Below are positions 54,195-62,842 of a stretch of DNA of 64,000 bases, piece by piece. The translations under genes and the position numbers were made by a program. Source of the DNA: a virus (lineage: Duplodnaviria > Caudoviricetes); the IMG/VR virus record IMGVR_UViG_3300005805_000084, positions 2,120 through 66,119 of that record, one strand, 5' to 3'. Below the pieces are notes generated by a model. It ran no database searches and was not told the origin of the DNA. It saw only the letters and a list, made by a program, of their open reading frames with translations. Within the stretch, counting starts at the first letter, position 1. Every line of letters begins with the position of its first letter.

Positions 54195-54374
54195 ATGCCC
54201 AACCAAAGAGATCCAGACAAGCGGCTGCTCGCCACTTGGCTGAACAAGGAAGAGCTCAAGCGCTACAAGCAGCTGGCCAAGGAGGCTGGTATTTCGCTGA
54301 GTGACTATGTCAAAAACGCCCTCGAGAAGTTCGACACGACGCCACCGCGTCCAGCTCGCGCTAAGCGTCGCTGA
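54195..54374 (+). CDS. Ribbon-helix-helix regulator 1 (59 aa)
   Basis: KRLLATWLNKEELKRYKQLAKEAGISLSDYVKNAL; not in ORF track. Confidence 0.7.
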   Translation: MPNQRDPDKRLLATWLNKEELKRYKQLAKEAGISLSDYVKNALEKFDTTPPRPARAKRR

Positions 54375-54477
54375 CTGCAAGAAGGTTCGCGCCAGGGCCA
54401 AGCGCCTAGGCCTTTCCACGTCCGCCTACATTCGACTCGCGCTGCACGTGTGCAGCAACCGCAAACACGGTTCTTGA
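54307..54477 (+). CDS. Ribbon-helix-helix regulator 2 (56 aa), overlapping RHH1 in another frame
   Basis: RHRVQLALSVADCKKVRARAKRLGLSTSAYIRLAL; not in ORF track. Confidence 0.6.
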   Translation: MSKTPSRSSTRRHRVQLALSVADCKKVRARAKRLGLSTSAYIRLALHVCSNRKHGS

Positions 54478-54481
54478 CGTC

Positions 54482-54496
54482 AGGTGTAAAACACCT
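54482..54496. promoter_or_regulatory. Palindromic operator (site 6) abutting the Xis-like ATG
   Basis: aggtgtaaaacacct immediately followed by ATG. Confidence 0.8.
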
Positions 54497-54736
54497 ATGC
54501 TGCTCACCTATTCCGAGGCCGCGAAGGCGCTGAGGGTGTCCGTGCGGACGATCAAGTCTTGGGCCAGAGCCCGATGCTTCCCTGTCGTCCGGTTGTCACA
54601 GCGAACCGTCAGAATCAGGCAGCGCGACCTCGATCGCTTCGTTGAGAAGCGTTGTAGATACACACATGTCCACTCCCACGTTCACAAAGGCCACTCGGAA
54701 GAAAGTCTTCCTGAAGCTGGCGGTCACCGGCCCTAG
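54497..54736 (+). CDS. Excisionase-like HTH protein
   Basis: LLTYSEAAKALRVSVRTIKSW...RIRQRDLDRF. Confidence 0.8.
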   Translation: MLLTYSEAAKALRVSVRTIKSWARARCFPVVRLSQRTVRIRQRDLDRFVEKRCRYTHVHSHVHKGHSEESLPEAGGHRP

Positions 54737-55541
54737 CGGCTCTGGCAAAACCTACTCCGCACTCCGCCTCGCTCGAGGCTTGGTCGGCCCCACCGGCAAG
54801 GTCGCACTCATCGACACCGAGAACGGCTCCGCCTCCCTGTACGCCGACAAGTTCGAGTTCGACACGCTCGATCTCGCGCCGCCATTCGATCACCAGAAGT
54901 TCGTCGAGGGCATCAGCGCGGCAGTTCAGGCTGGTTACCAGTGCATCATCATCGACAGCGCGTCCCATTTCTGGGAGGGCATCCTCGAGTACAAGAGCCA
55001 GCTCGACTCGCGTCCTGGCTCCAACAGCTACACCAACTGGCGTGTGGCTGGTGACAAGTTCTCCGACATCATCAAGGCGGTCCTGCAGTCTCCGGTCCAC
55101 ATCATCTGCTGCATGCGCTCCAAGATGGACTACGTGCAGGACGTCGACGAGAAGGGCAAGAAGTCGGTCAAGAAGGTCGGCCTCGCTCCGATCATGCGCG
55201 ACGGCATCGAGTACGAGTTCACCACCGTCTTCGATGTGGCTCTGGACCATCGTGTCTCCGTGTCGAAAGACCGCTCCGGCCTCTTCGTCGACAAGATCTT
55301 CCAAGTCACAGAGCAGACTGGTGAGCTGCTCGAGCAATGGCGCAACAGCGGTGCTGAGTCCAAGTGGAAGCAGGACCTCGAGGCGGCCATGGAGAAGGCG
55401 AGCTGCGAGGCGGCGGCCAATGCGTTCCTCAAGCGCATCAACTGGATCGGAGAGGCTCAGACCTATCGCGATGTCGGCGAGGACAAGGCGACCAAGATCC
55501 TCAGCAACTTCGAGGGATTCCTGACCAAGATCAACGCATGA
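54666..55541 (+). CDS. AAA-family recombination ATPase (AAA_24/Sak4-like)
   Basis: GPSGSGKT, IIIDS; upstream of exonuclease. Confidence 0.8.
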   Translation: MSTPTFTKATRKKVFLKLAVTGPSGSGKTYSALRLARGLVGPTGKVALIDTENGSASLYADKFEFDTLDLAPPFDHQKFVEGISAAVQAGYQCIIIDSASHFWEGILEYKSQLDSRPGSNSYTNWRVAGDKFSDIIKAVLQSPVHIICCMRSKMDYVQDVDEKGKKSVKKVGLAPIMRDGIEYEFTTVFDVALDHRVSVSKDRSGLFVDKIFQVTEQTGELLEQWRNSGAESKWKQDLEAAMEKASCEAAANAFLKRINWIGEAQTYRDVGEDKATKILSNFEGFLTKINA

Positions 55542-56437
55542 TCGCCTCCGGAATCCATCTCGGTCTGGATGAGATCGAGTACAGGAATGATCCAGCGATC
55601 AGCGTATCGGACCTCAAGCCGATGCTGATCTCGCCGCGCCACTTCTGGGAAAAGAAGTTCGGCAAGCGCAAGAGGACCCCTCCGACTCCAGCCCAGATGC
55701 TGGGCACCTTGGTCCACATGGCTCTGCTTGAGCCGGACAAGTTCACCAAGCGCGTGCAGACGCTGCCTGATGACGCGCCCAAGAGGCCCACCAAGGCTCA
55801 GCAGGAGGCCGCCAAGCCATCGCAGTCGACGCTGGAGGCCATCCAGTACTGGAAGCTCTGGGAGGAGAAGAATCCGAATGCGCAGATCATCGATCAGGAG
55901 ATGATGGATCAGGTCTGCGGCATGAGGGACTCGGTGATGTCCAACAAGGGCGCGGCCGAGTACTTCTCGAACTGCGAGACCGAGGTGTCCGTGTTCAACA
56001 CGGTGCGCCTTCGCAACACAGTCGTGAGGGTGAAGGGACGCATTGATTGCGTTCCAAACGTCGCCAAGATCGTCGACCTCAAGACGGTCGGGTCTGGCGG
56101 GGCTCGCCGCGATGAGTTCTCAAAGTCGATGTGGGATTGGCGCTACGACCTGCAGGCCGCCTACTACCTCGACCTCCACAACCACCTCTTTGATGAGTGG
56201 GACCTCGACAAGAAGAAGAACGACTTCGTCTTTGTTGCCGTTGAAAAGGAGGCACCATACGCCGTATGCCTCCATCGAGTCTCAGCGCGAGTCCTCGAAC
56301 GGGGACGCCGAGACTACTTAGCTCTCCTCGATCGGGTAGCCGAATGCCAGACGCTCAACGAATGGCCAGGGTACTCCGATGAAGAGGCAGAGATAGACCT
56401 GCCACAATGGGCCGAAAAGAAAAACACAAGTCCCTGA
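55538..56437 (+). CDS. RecE/ExoVIII-like PD-(D/E)xK exonuclease (DUF3799-like)
   Basis: ISVSDLK, GTLVH..LLEP, KGRID, IVDLKT, YDLQAAYY. Confidence 0.85.
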   Translation: MIASGIHLGLDEIEYRNDPAISVSDLKPMLISPRHFWEKKFGKRKRTPPTPAQMLGTLVHMALLEPDKFTKRVQTLPDDAPKRPTKAQQEAAKPSQSTLEAIQYWKLWEEKNPNAQIIDQEMMDQVCGMRDSVMSNKGAAEYFSNCETEVSVFNTVRLRNTVVRVKGRIDCVPNVAKIVDLKTVGSGGARRDEFSKSMWDWRYDLQAAYYLDLHNHLFDEWDLDKKKNDFVFVAVEKEAPYAVCLHRVSARVLERGRRDYLALLDRVAECQTLNEWPGYSDEEAEIDLPQWAEKKNTSP

Positions 56438-56658
56438 CCAAGACCTGCATCAGGTGTGATCGAACCCTGCCGCTGGATGAGTTCTGGTCTAAGCGGCCCA
56501 CGTGCGCTGACTGCGCTAGGGAATTGTGGTACGCACCTAAGGTAAAAGTAGACATCACCAAGAGCCCCAACTGGCCCATGATGGAACGCATGATCCGGCT
56601 GGGGCTCATCTCTTACCCCGAAGACGCATTTCCAGATGACGAGAATAGCAGCGATTGA
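56407..56658 (+). CDS. Small zinc-finger protein
   Basis: CIRC...CADC. Confidence 0.55.
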   Translation: MGRKEKHKSLTKTCIRCDRTLPLDEFWSKRPTCADCARELWYAPKVKVDITKSPNWPMMERMIRLGLISYPEDAFPDDENSSD

Positions 56659-57094
56659 CCCAGGCAAGAGCGGCGGCATTGCATGGAACGATCAAGACAA
56701 TGTCGTTCAGACCGCCAACATGCCGGACACGCCAACGGACATGCTCAGCCTCCTGCTGTCCCTGCGGGCTGGTGGAGTGACCACGCTGGCCATCGAGCAG
56801 CTTCCACGGTTCGTTGGAAAGAACATCCCGTCCTCCACCACCAGCGTTCTCTTTGAGAACTACGGAATCTGTATCGGTATCGCCCTCGCTCTCGGATTCC
56901 GGCTGGAACGTGTCGATCCGCACACGTGGCAGAAGGGTCTTGGAATCGGAACGGCAAGGAACTGCGGCAGTAAGCCCGAGTGGAAGCGCAAGCTGAAGGG
57001 AAAGGCTCAAGAGCTGTTTCCCCATCTGGAGGTTACACTGGCAACTGCGGATGCCCTGCTCATCTATGACTGGGCGGTGAAGAACAAGTCATAG
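56636..57094 (+). CDS. RuvC-like Holliday junction resolvase
   Basis: IAAIDPG, IEQ, ADALLI. Confidence 0.8.
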   Translation: MTRIAAIDPGKSGGIAWNDQDNVVQTANMPDTPTDMLSLLLSLRAGGVTTLAIEQLPRFVGKNIPSSTTSVLFENYGICIGIALALGFRLERVDPHTWQKGLGIGTARNCGSKPEWKRKLKGKAQELFPHLEVTLATADALLIYDWAVKNKS

Positions 57095-57195
57095 CATCAG
57101 GCGATTCCCGCTTGCGCGGCTTTCGCATCCCATCACATTGAGCGCGTCCTCACCAAGGAGGACAAAGGGCGTAGCACCCCTGCAACACCAGTGAA

Positions 57196-57305
57196 CACAA
57201 CAGAGCCCCCAATCCAGCTAGTAGAGGATGGTTTTCCGATCACAGCCACAGTGATCGCGTGTACCTGTGCTACCCTCTGCTGGTTGGATTGGGGATTTTG
57301 TTGTG
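57196..57305 (+). other. 32-bp intergenic RNA stem enclosing an inner hairpin
   Basis: 31 of 32 positions pair, five as G-U. Confidence 0.75.
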
Positions 57306-57309
57306 ATCC

Positions 57310-57537
57310 ATGAAGCTAGAAATTCTAAACCAAGATCATATCGAGGTATATGCATCTCCAGTTGGATACTGCTGCATCAGACAGCGCGATGAAGCTGCGC
57401 AGATAGAGCAGATAGTTCTTATCTCGCCAGCCGTCGTAGATCAACTTTGCAGCTTTCTTCAAACCGTGAGGGAAGAGGCAATCAGGAACCGCGCCAAGCA
57501 CATTGAATGGTGCCTCAAGCAAAGGAGCGCGGAATGA
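57310..57537 (+). CDS. Hypothetical protein
   Basis: 75-aa ORF coupled to initiator. Confidence 0.6.
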   Translation: MKLEILNQDHIEVYASPVGYCCIRQRDEAAQIEQIVLISPAVVDQLCSFLQTVREEAIRNRAKHIEWCLKQRSAE

Positions 57538-58379
57538 GCTCAAAGAATAAAAGGAAAGCCCCTGCGTTTCAGCTTTACGCTGATGACTTCCTTGCCGGAA
57601 CTGCAGACATGACGGCTGAAGAGGTCGGAGGTTTTATCCGATTGCTCTGCCATCAATGGGCTAAGGGTGGGCTACCTGATAGCGAAGAGCGTACCGGAAT
57701 GATGGCGGGCCTAATGGGGTCGCCATCGCTTCGCTATGTGCTCTCTAAGTTCGACAAGGACCCATCCGATGGCCTGCTGAAGAACAAGCGTCTTGAGTCT
57801 GTCCGCTCCGAAAAAGACGCCTACCTCAGGGGCCAGAGCGAAAGCGGCCTGAAAGGGGCACTTGCGAGATGGAATTCATGCCGAGCCCATGGCGACCCCA
57901 ATGGCGAACGTGTGGCGAACGGTGTGGCGACACCTATGGCGAACGGATCGCGAAACGATGGCTCTCCATCTCCTTCTCCATCTCCTATAAAAGAAGAAGA
58001 GGCTTTTGAGGCAAAGCTCGAAAAGCAGGCTCGCGAGCAAGAGGCCTACACTGTTCTCGAGGTCCTCAATGAGGTTTCAGGAAGGAAATATCGAGCTACC
58101 GATGGAAACCTATCCATAATCAAGGCTCGACTATCGGAGCCAGGAGTCGATGTCGCAGAGGCGATAAAGATGGTTAGGAGGCAGGCAAAGATTTGGATGC
58201 CTGATCCAAAGATGTCCGAATACGTGAGGCCTGAAACGCTATTTGGGAAATCAAAGTTCGACGGTTACTTCGCTAATCGAGATCTGCCAATTCAAAAACC
58301 ACACCCTCAGCCGCAGCTTGCGTTCCAGCCTGAAAAACCAAAGCGCCCCCCAGGTGAGGAATGGAAGGACGCCCTATGA
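57534..58379 (+). CDS. Replication initiator (YdaU/DUF1376-like N-terminus, phage rep C-terminal domain)
   Basis: PAFQLYADDFL..T..M..EE.G..IRLL; RPETLFGKSKFDGY. Confidence 0.8.
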   Translation: MSSKNKRKAPAFQLYADDFLAGTADMTAEEVGGFIRLLCHQWAKGGLPDSEERTGMMAGLMGSPSLRYVLSKFDKDPSDGLLKNKRLESVRSEKDAYLRGQSESGLKGALARWNSCRAHGDPNGERVANGVATPMANGSRNDGSPSPSPSPIKEEEAFEAKLEKQAREQEAYTVLEVLNEVSGRKYRATDGNLSIIKARLSEPGVDVAEAIKMVRRQAKIWMPDPKMSEYVRPETLFGKSKFDGYFANRDLPIQKPHPQPQLAFQPEKPKRPPGEEWKDAL

Positions 58380-59692
58380 GCGATGAGAACAGCCCGCTCT
58401 ACGCAGAGTCCGATGAGCTGGGCGTCCTAGGTGCCTGCCTGATCGGAGGCATGGACTCCACCGCCGAAGCCATGCCGCTCTACAGGGCCGGAGCCATCTT
58501 CAGTGCCGAATTACAGGAGATCTTTCAGGTAATAGCCGCTCTGGAGTCAGAAGGGGTGCCGCCAGACATGCTCGCCGTGGCGCGGAAATGGCCCGCCATT
58601 CATTCCAAGAAGCCGATCCCTAGCCTGACCCTCAACCGAGCCATAGAGGCCTGTCCTAGCGCCGCCAACCTCGAGTTCCATGCCGTCGGGGTCAGGGAGG
58701 CCTTCCGCAGGAGGCGGATCCGAGAGATCGGCATCAAGCTTTCGGCCGATTCCACCAATCCGGTGAAGCCGGTGGAGGAGGCGATCTCTGAGATGGAGGC
58801 TGGGCTGATCAGCTGTGACCAGTCCCAGAGCAACCTCAAGTCCTCCAAGGCGGTCATGTTGGAGCTCATCGACGACCTTCAGGAGCGTTCCAAGCGCAAT
58901 GGGGATATCTCAGGGATATCCACAGGTTATCGGAAGCTGGACCGGATGACCGACGGGCTGCAGCCAGGGGAGATGTTCCTCGTGGCGGCTAGGCCTTCCA
59001 TCGGAAAGACCGCGCTGGCCACCTCCATGGTCTGCTCGATGTGCATCGGGGCCAAGGTGCCGACGCTCTTTGTGACCTGCGAGATGTCCGAGCCAGCCAT
59101 AGCGCGGCGCATCATGGCTTCGGTAGCCTCGGTCTCCATGGGATCGCTCAAGCGGGGCAACCTGACCCCGCCCGAGTACCAAAGGGTCTTCGCGGCGAAC
59201 ACCAAGATCGCCAATGCACCACTCCACTACTGCAATGCCGTGTCAGGAATGACCTCGGCTCAGGTGGGGGCTGAGATCCGCAGGGCAGTCCGGAAGCATG
59301 GCGTGAAGGTTGTGTTCGTCGACTACCTGCAGAAGGTGCTGCCGACCAAGCGACACGAGAAGCGCACCTACGAGGTGGCCGAGGTCTCCTCCAAGCTCAA
59401 GGCGATCGCGGACTCCTGCAAGGTGTCGGTGGTGGCTCTGGCCCAGCTCAACCGCGAATCAGAGAAGGAGAAGGGGAGGGTGCCGCGCCTATCGGATCTG
59501 GCGGACTCTGGACAGATCGAGCGTGATGCCGATACGGTCTGTCTTCTGACACGAAACAGAGAGGAATCTCGTGGCGAGGCTCAGCTGCTCGTCGCCAAGC
59601 AAAGAGACGGCGAATGCGGATCTGTTGGGCTCTGGTATGAGGGGCCATTCTGCCGCTTCGACGACAATCCAGAACTCAAGGAAGTACCATGA
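58376..59692 (+). CDS. dnaB: Replicative DNA helicase
   Basis: AARPSIGKT, EMS, VFVDYLQ, LAQLNR, DLADSGQIERDAD. Confidence 0.95.
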   Translation: MSDENSPLYAESDELGVLGACLIGGMDSTAEAMPLYRAGAIFSAELQEIFQVIAALESEGVPPDMLAVARKWPAIHSKKPIPSLTLNRAIEACPSAANLEFHAVGVREAFRRRRIREIGIKLSADSTNPVKPVEEAISEMEAGLISCDQSQSNLKSSKAVMLELIDDLQERSKRNGDISGISTGYRKLDRMTDGLQPGEMFLVAARPSIGKTALATSMVCSMCIGAKVPTLFVTCEMSEPAIARRIMASVASVSMGSLKRGNLTPPEYQRVFAANTKIANAPLHYCNAVSGMTSAQVGAEIRRAVRKHGVKVVFVDYLQKVLPTKRHEKRTYEVAEVSSKLKAIADSCKVSVVALAQLNRESEKEKGRVPRLSDLADSGQIERDADTVCLLTRNREESRGEAQLLVAKQRDGECGSVGLWYEGPFCRFDDNPELKEVP

Positions 59693-60438
59693 AGAGACTG
59701 CTTAGTTACCAGACACGAGTGTTTAACTGGCAACGCGATGTTGCTGGCCAACCAGTGACCACAATCCGAACCCAGCGTGACCCAGCCTTCTACGACAAGC
59801 AGCTGGGCTACGTGTACAGTGAGTGGTTCGACGAGTACCTTCCGCACTCCATAGACTACTCGAAGGCGCTCGCCGAGAACGCGCAGGCCCTCCTGCTACG
59901 AACTGCGGTCAGTGCCGATTCGCTCATCGAGTCGTCCAAGCGCATCGAGGGCATGAGGATCGACCTTGCCGACGACGTGGGCGATGTGGCCTTCACGCTG
60001 CTGGGTCTTCTGAATGCGGCGGCCCTTACCGTGAGCAACACGCATGGAGGATTGCCCACATTCACGAGCCTCGCATCGGAAGAGCTCGCGGTCTCAACGG
60101 ATCTCTCTGAGCTCTCCAAGGGGGCTTCATTCGACACCGCTGGACGCGTGGAAAGCTCACTCCTCAGCCTGATGAGGATCTCCGACCTGATCGGGTTCTC
60201 GTTCTACGAAGCGCTGGAGGCGGTGTGCGATTCCAACGACACCAAGCTCTGGACCGAGGAGGAGGTCTCCCACAACATGGACAAGGCATCCGAGAACGGC
60301 TGGGTGATCACGCGTCTTCATGGACGCACCGGACGCTGCTTCAGGGTCAATGCCGTGAACATGAAGCTCATCAAGAGCCCGTCCTTCACGCCTCCTGATC
60401 TGAAGCGTGCAGTTTTCGGATACACGATGTTGACGTAA
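59689..60438 (+). CDS. MazG/PRA-PH-like nucleotide pyrophosphohydrolase
   Basis: EWFDEY...DLADDVGDV...V.DSN.TK. Confidence 0.6.
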   Translation: MKRLLSYQTRVFNWQRDVAGQPVTTIRTQRDPAFYDKQLGYVYSEWFDEYLPHSIDYSKALAENAQALLLRTAVSADSLIESSKRIEGMRIDLADDVGDVAFTLLGLLNAAALTVSNTHGGLPTFTSLASEELAVSTDLSELSKGASFDTAGRVESSLLSLMRISDLIGFSFYEALEAVCDSNDTKLWTEEEVSHNMDKASENGWVITRLHGRTGRCFRVNAVNMKLIKSPSFTPPDLKRAVFGYTMLT

Positions 60439-60444
60439 TCCAAC

Positions 60445-60459
60445 AGGTGTTTTACACCT
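60445..60459. promoter_or_regulatory. Palindromic operator (site 7), TTGACG upstream
   Basis: aggtgttttacacct. Confidence 0.8.
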
Positions 60460-60468
60460 CAATCACAC

Positions 60469-60675
60469 ATGAGCGAAATCGTATCGAAGGAAGAGCTCAA
60501 TGAAGCTCTGCATGGAGACAAGAAGGTGGAGTCGTGTCCGGTTCACGGAGATGAGCCTCCCGCAATCAACGTGGGTGGACTTCTGATGGCTAAGCATGAC
60601 CTTGATGGCCGCTGGTGCATCTGCTGCCTGTTGGAGTTCGCAAAGAAACACGGATGCCACCGCCTCACAGCATGA
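60469..60675 (+). CDS. Small Cys/His protein
   Basis: CPVH...WCICC. Confidence 0.6.
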   Translation: MSEIVSKEELNEALHGDKKVESCPVHGDEPPAINVGGLLMAKHDLDGRWCICCLLEFAKKHGCHRLTA

Positions 60676-60866
60676 AGAAATACAGAAACAAGTCCAAGCA
60701 CAGCACAGTCGTCACATTCGTCTGCAACGCGGAGCATCGCGTCGCCGAGATGAAGTCTCGGGTCGTTATCTACGAGAGGAACGGCCGGTACTACTCGCGC
60801 AACTCGGTGGAGTTCTATGCCAAGTTCGAGCCGATCGGCGACGATTCGTCGGGACATGACGGTTGA
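60672..60866 (+). CDS. DUF1653-like small protein
   Basis: KYRNK...A....V.IY....Y.R...EF..KF. Confidence 0.55.
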   Translation: MKKYRNKSKHSTVVTFVCNAEHRVAEMKSRVVIYERNGRYYSRNSVEFYAKFEPIGDDSSGHDG

Positions 60867-60877
60867 TTTTGGATGCT

Positions 60878-60892
60878 AGGTGTTTAACACCT
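60878..60892. promoter_or_regulatory. Palindromic operator (site 8)
   Basis: aggtgtttaacacct, 5 nt before the RHH3 ATG. Confidence 0.8.
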
Positions 60893-60897
60893 TGGGC

Positions 60898-61140
60898 ATG
60901 TCGAACGCCAGAGCAGAAGGAAGGACACTGTTAGCACTATGGGTATCACAGCAGCAGATGAGACTGATAGACAGGCAGGCAACCTCTCAGGGCCTCAATC
61001 GAAGCCAATGGGTTCGATTGATGTTGCTCGGAGAAGGTCCTCAAAACACCTTGCCTACATCACGGTCGGCAAAGACCAAGTCAGGGTATGGTTCAAGGAT
61101 GGGGCGCTCTGCTTCAGGCCGAAGCACAAGCGCAAGATAG
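60898..61140 (+). CDS. Ribbon-helix-helix regulator 3
   Basis: RTLLALWVSQQQMRLIDRQATSQGLNRSQWVRLML. Confidence 0.65.
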   Translation: MSNARAEGRTLLALWVSQQQMRLIDRQATSQGLNRSQWVRLMLLGEGPQNTLPTSRSAKTKSGYGSRMGRSASGRSTSAR

Positions 61141-61214
61141 AGAAGCTCAGCCTTGGGGCGGCTTACGACGTGGCCTGCGGACAACTACAATTCTTCTATG
61201 GGAAAGATCATTGA
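61008..61214 (+). CDS. Hypothetical protein overlapping RHH3 tail; start uncertain
   Basis: YITVGKDQVRVWFKDGALCFRPK looks globular. Confidence 0.45.
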   Translation: MGSIDVARRRSSKHLAYITVGKDQVRVWFKDGALCFRPKHKRKIEKLSLGAAYDVACGQLQFFYGKDH

Positions 61215-61446
61215 ATCGATGACAAGGGTCCCGCTGAGTGGCGGGCGGGTGGTACGTGTCTGGCGCGAGGAGACCAAGCTCAAGCCGGAGTACGAGAACA
61301 ACGACGTGGTGCTGTCCATCATCGCCAACAGCCAGATGGATCAGGACAAGCTCGCGGAGCACATCTGCAAGCTGGAGCGGATCAACGCGGTTGAGGTCAT
61401 CGACGCCAAGGGCAACGGCGTGGTGTACTACCCCAGCTGGCCATGA
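61198..61446 (+). CDS. Hypothetical protein
   Basis: Typical codons, coupled stop/start. Confidence 0.7.
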   Translation: MGKIIESMTRVPLSGGRVVRVWREETKLKPEYENNDVVLSIIANSQMDQDKLAEHICKLERINAVEVIDAKGNGVVYYPSWP

Positions 61447-61673
61447 GCGAACCCCTCCAGTGGGAGGACGTCCTCTCAAAGGGAAACGAGGCTGGTGTCC
61501 CAACCTTCACCACGATCCTGTCTGCGCTCGTTCTGGAGAACGGCGGGTCCATGTCGGTCTCCGTGATGAGCCTCAGGGAGCTCGTGAAGGGCTCCTCCTC
61601 GTTGAGGCTTGTGGCTGAGGTGGACTCCGGACAGCTGGTGGTCTCGCTGATGCAGGACGGATCGGACAACTGA
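61443..61673 (+). CDS. Hypothetical protein
   Basis: Coupled ORF. Confidence 0.65.
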   Translation: MSEPLQWEDVLSKGNEAGVPTFTTILSALVLENGGSMSVSVMSLRELVKGSSSLRLVAEVDSGQLVVSLMQDGSDN

Positions 61674-62215
61674 TGGGCTTCAGCGCAACCACAGAGAGCG
61701 GCAAGGCGTACATCAAGCATGGGTGGGACGCCTGCGCTGCCGTGGAGCGTCACATCATCGAGGGAAAGATCTCCGTCAACATCTTCGGATTTCCGGACGA
61801 GGAACCCAGTCGGATGGACGCCATCATGGTGGATAGGGCCACCAAGAGGATCTTCGGAACCCTAGAGATCAAGTCCCGCAATCTGACCGAGGAAGCCTTC
61901 TCGAAGCGTTACAACATGGAGCTCTTGGTCAGCTTCGACAAACTGCAGAACTCGTACTGGGTCGTGAACCGATTCAGGGTGCCCCACTGGCTGATGATCT
62001 ACTGCATCCCGAGCGGGGTCGCCTTCCTGAAGAAGGTGTTCACGCTGGGGAACGGCAGGGACTTCAGGCCTCTGGTCGAGTCCAACTTCAGGACCAAGAC
62101 CGAGATGTCACTGGTCACGCACAACAGCAGCGAACACAGGGAGGAGGCGCTCTCCTACGTCGACATGCGCGGCGCGGAGCGTGTCCACGTGAAAAGAAAC
62201 GAACTTCCGTTTTGA
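61673..62215 (+). CDS. PD-(D/E)xK nuclease-like protein
   Basis: RMDAIM...LEIKSRN. Confidence 0.6.
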   Translation: MGFSATTESGKAYIKHGWDACAAVERHIIEGKISVNIFGFPDEEPSRMDAIMVDRATKRIFGTLEIKSRNLTEEAFSKRYNMELLVSFDKLQNSYWVVNRFRVPHWLMIYCIPSGVAFLKKVFTLGNGRDFRPLVESNFRTKTEMSLVTHNSSEHREEALSYVDMRGAERVHVKRNELPF

Positions 62216-62225
62216 CTTTGTCACT

Positions 62226-62240
62226 GGGTGTAATACACCT
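62226..62240. promoter_or_regulatory. Palindromic operator (site 9), TTGACT upstream
   Basis: gggtgtaatacacct. Confidence 0.8.
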
Positions 62241-62250
62241 AACACCTCAC

Positions 62251-62577
62251 ATGCTTCCATCCATACTCAAAGGCATCATCAAGGATCTCAAGAGCGGCAT
62301 GACCATCAGCCAAGTCGTGCGTTCCAGACGCTGCACCACCAAGGAGATCATCGATGTCGCCGACAAGCATCTCGGCATCAAGATCAAGTCACCCTACGAG
62401 GGCCGAAAGAAGGGCGGCTGGCCGGTCAAGATCACCGACAAGCAGGTGACCTCCATGAGGAAGGACAAGGCTGGCGGCATGAGCTACAAGGAGATCGCTT
62501 TCAAGTACAAGTGCAGCGTGTCGCACGCGAACATGATCATCGGTGGTCGTCGCCGAAAGGACGTGGCCAATGCTTGA
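62251..62577 (+). CDS. Double-HTH DNA-binding protein
   Basis: GMTISQVVR...; GMSYKEIAFKYKCSVSHANMII. Confidence 0.65.
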   Translation: MLPSILKGIIKDLKSGMTISQVVRSRRCTTKEIIDVADKHLGIKIKSPYEGRKKGGWPVKITDKQVTSMRKDKAGGMSYKEIAFKYKCSVSHANMIIGGRRRKDVANA

Positions 62578-62842
62578 GTCAGACTACAAGGCGATCGTCA
62601 CCAAGGTGGTTGAGTCGCTTGGCGAGCACTTCGACACGGTCCATGTCTTTGCAACGGTCCATGATCCAAGCTCGGACGGTGGAACGGTCAACGTGAGCGC
62701 TGGCATCGGCAACTGGCTGACTCGGTACGGTCAGGTGAAGGACTTCGTCATCAGGACCGAGGAGCATTCCAAATGCGACGTGTGGTTTGAGCGCAACGGA
62801 GACGGCAACAACGAAGAGGACGACAATGAAGATGGAGACTGA
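62570..62842 (+). CDS. Hypothetical protein
   Basis: Packed ORF. Confidence 0.7.
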   Translation: MLESDYKAIVTKVVESLGEHFDTVHVFATVHDPSSDGGTVNVSAGIGNWLTRYGQVKDFVIRTEEHSKCDVWFERNGDGNNEEDDNEDGD

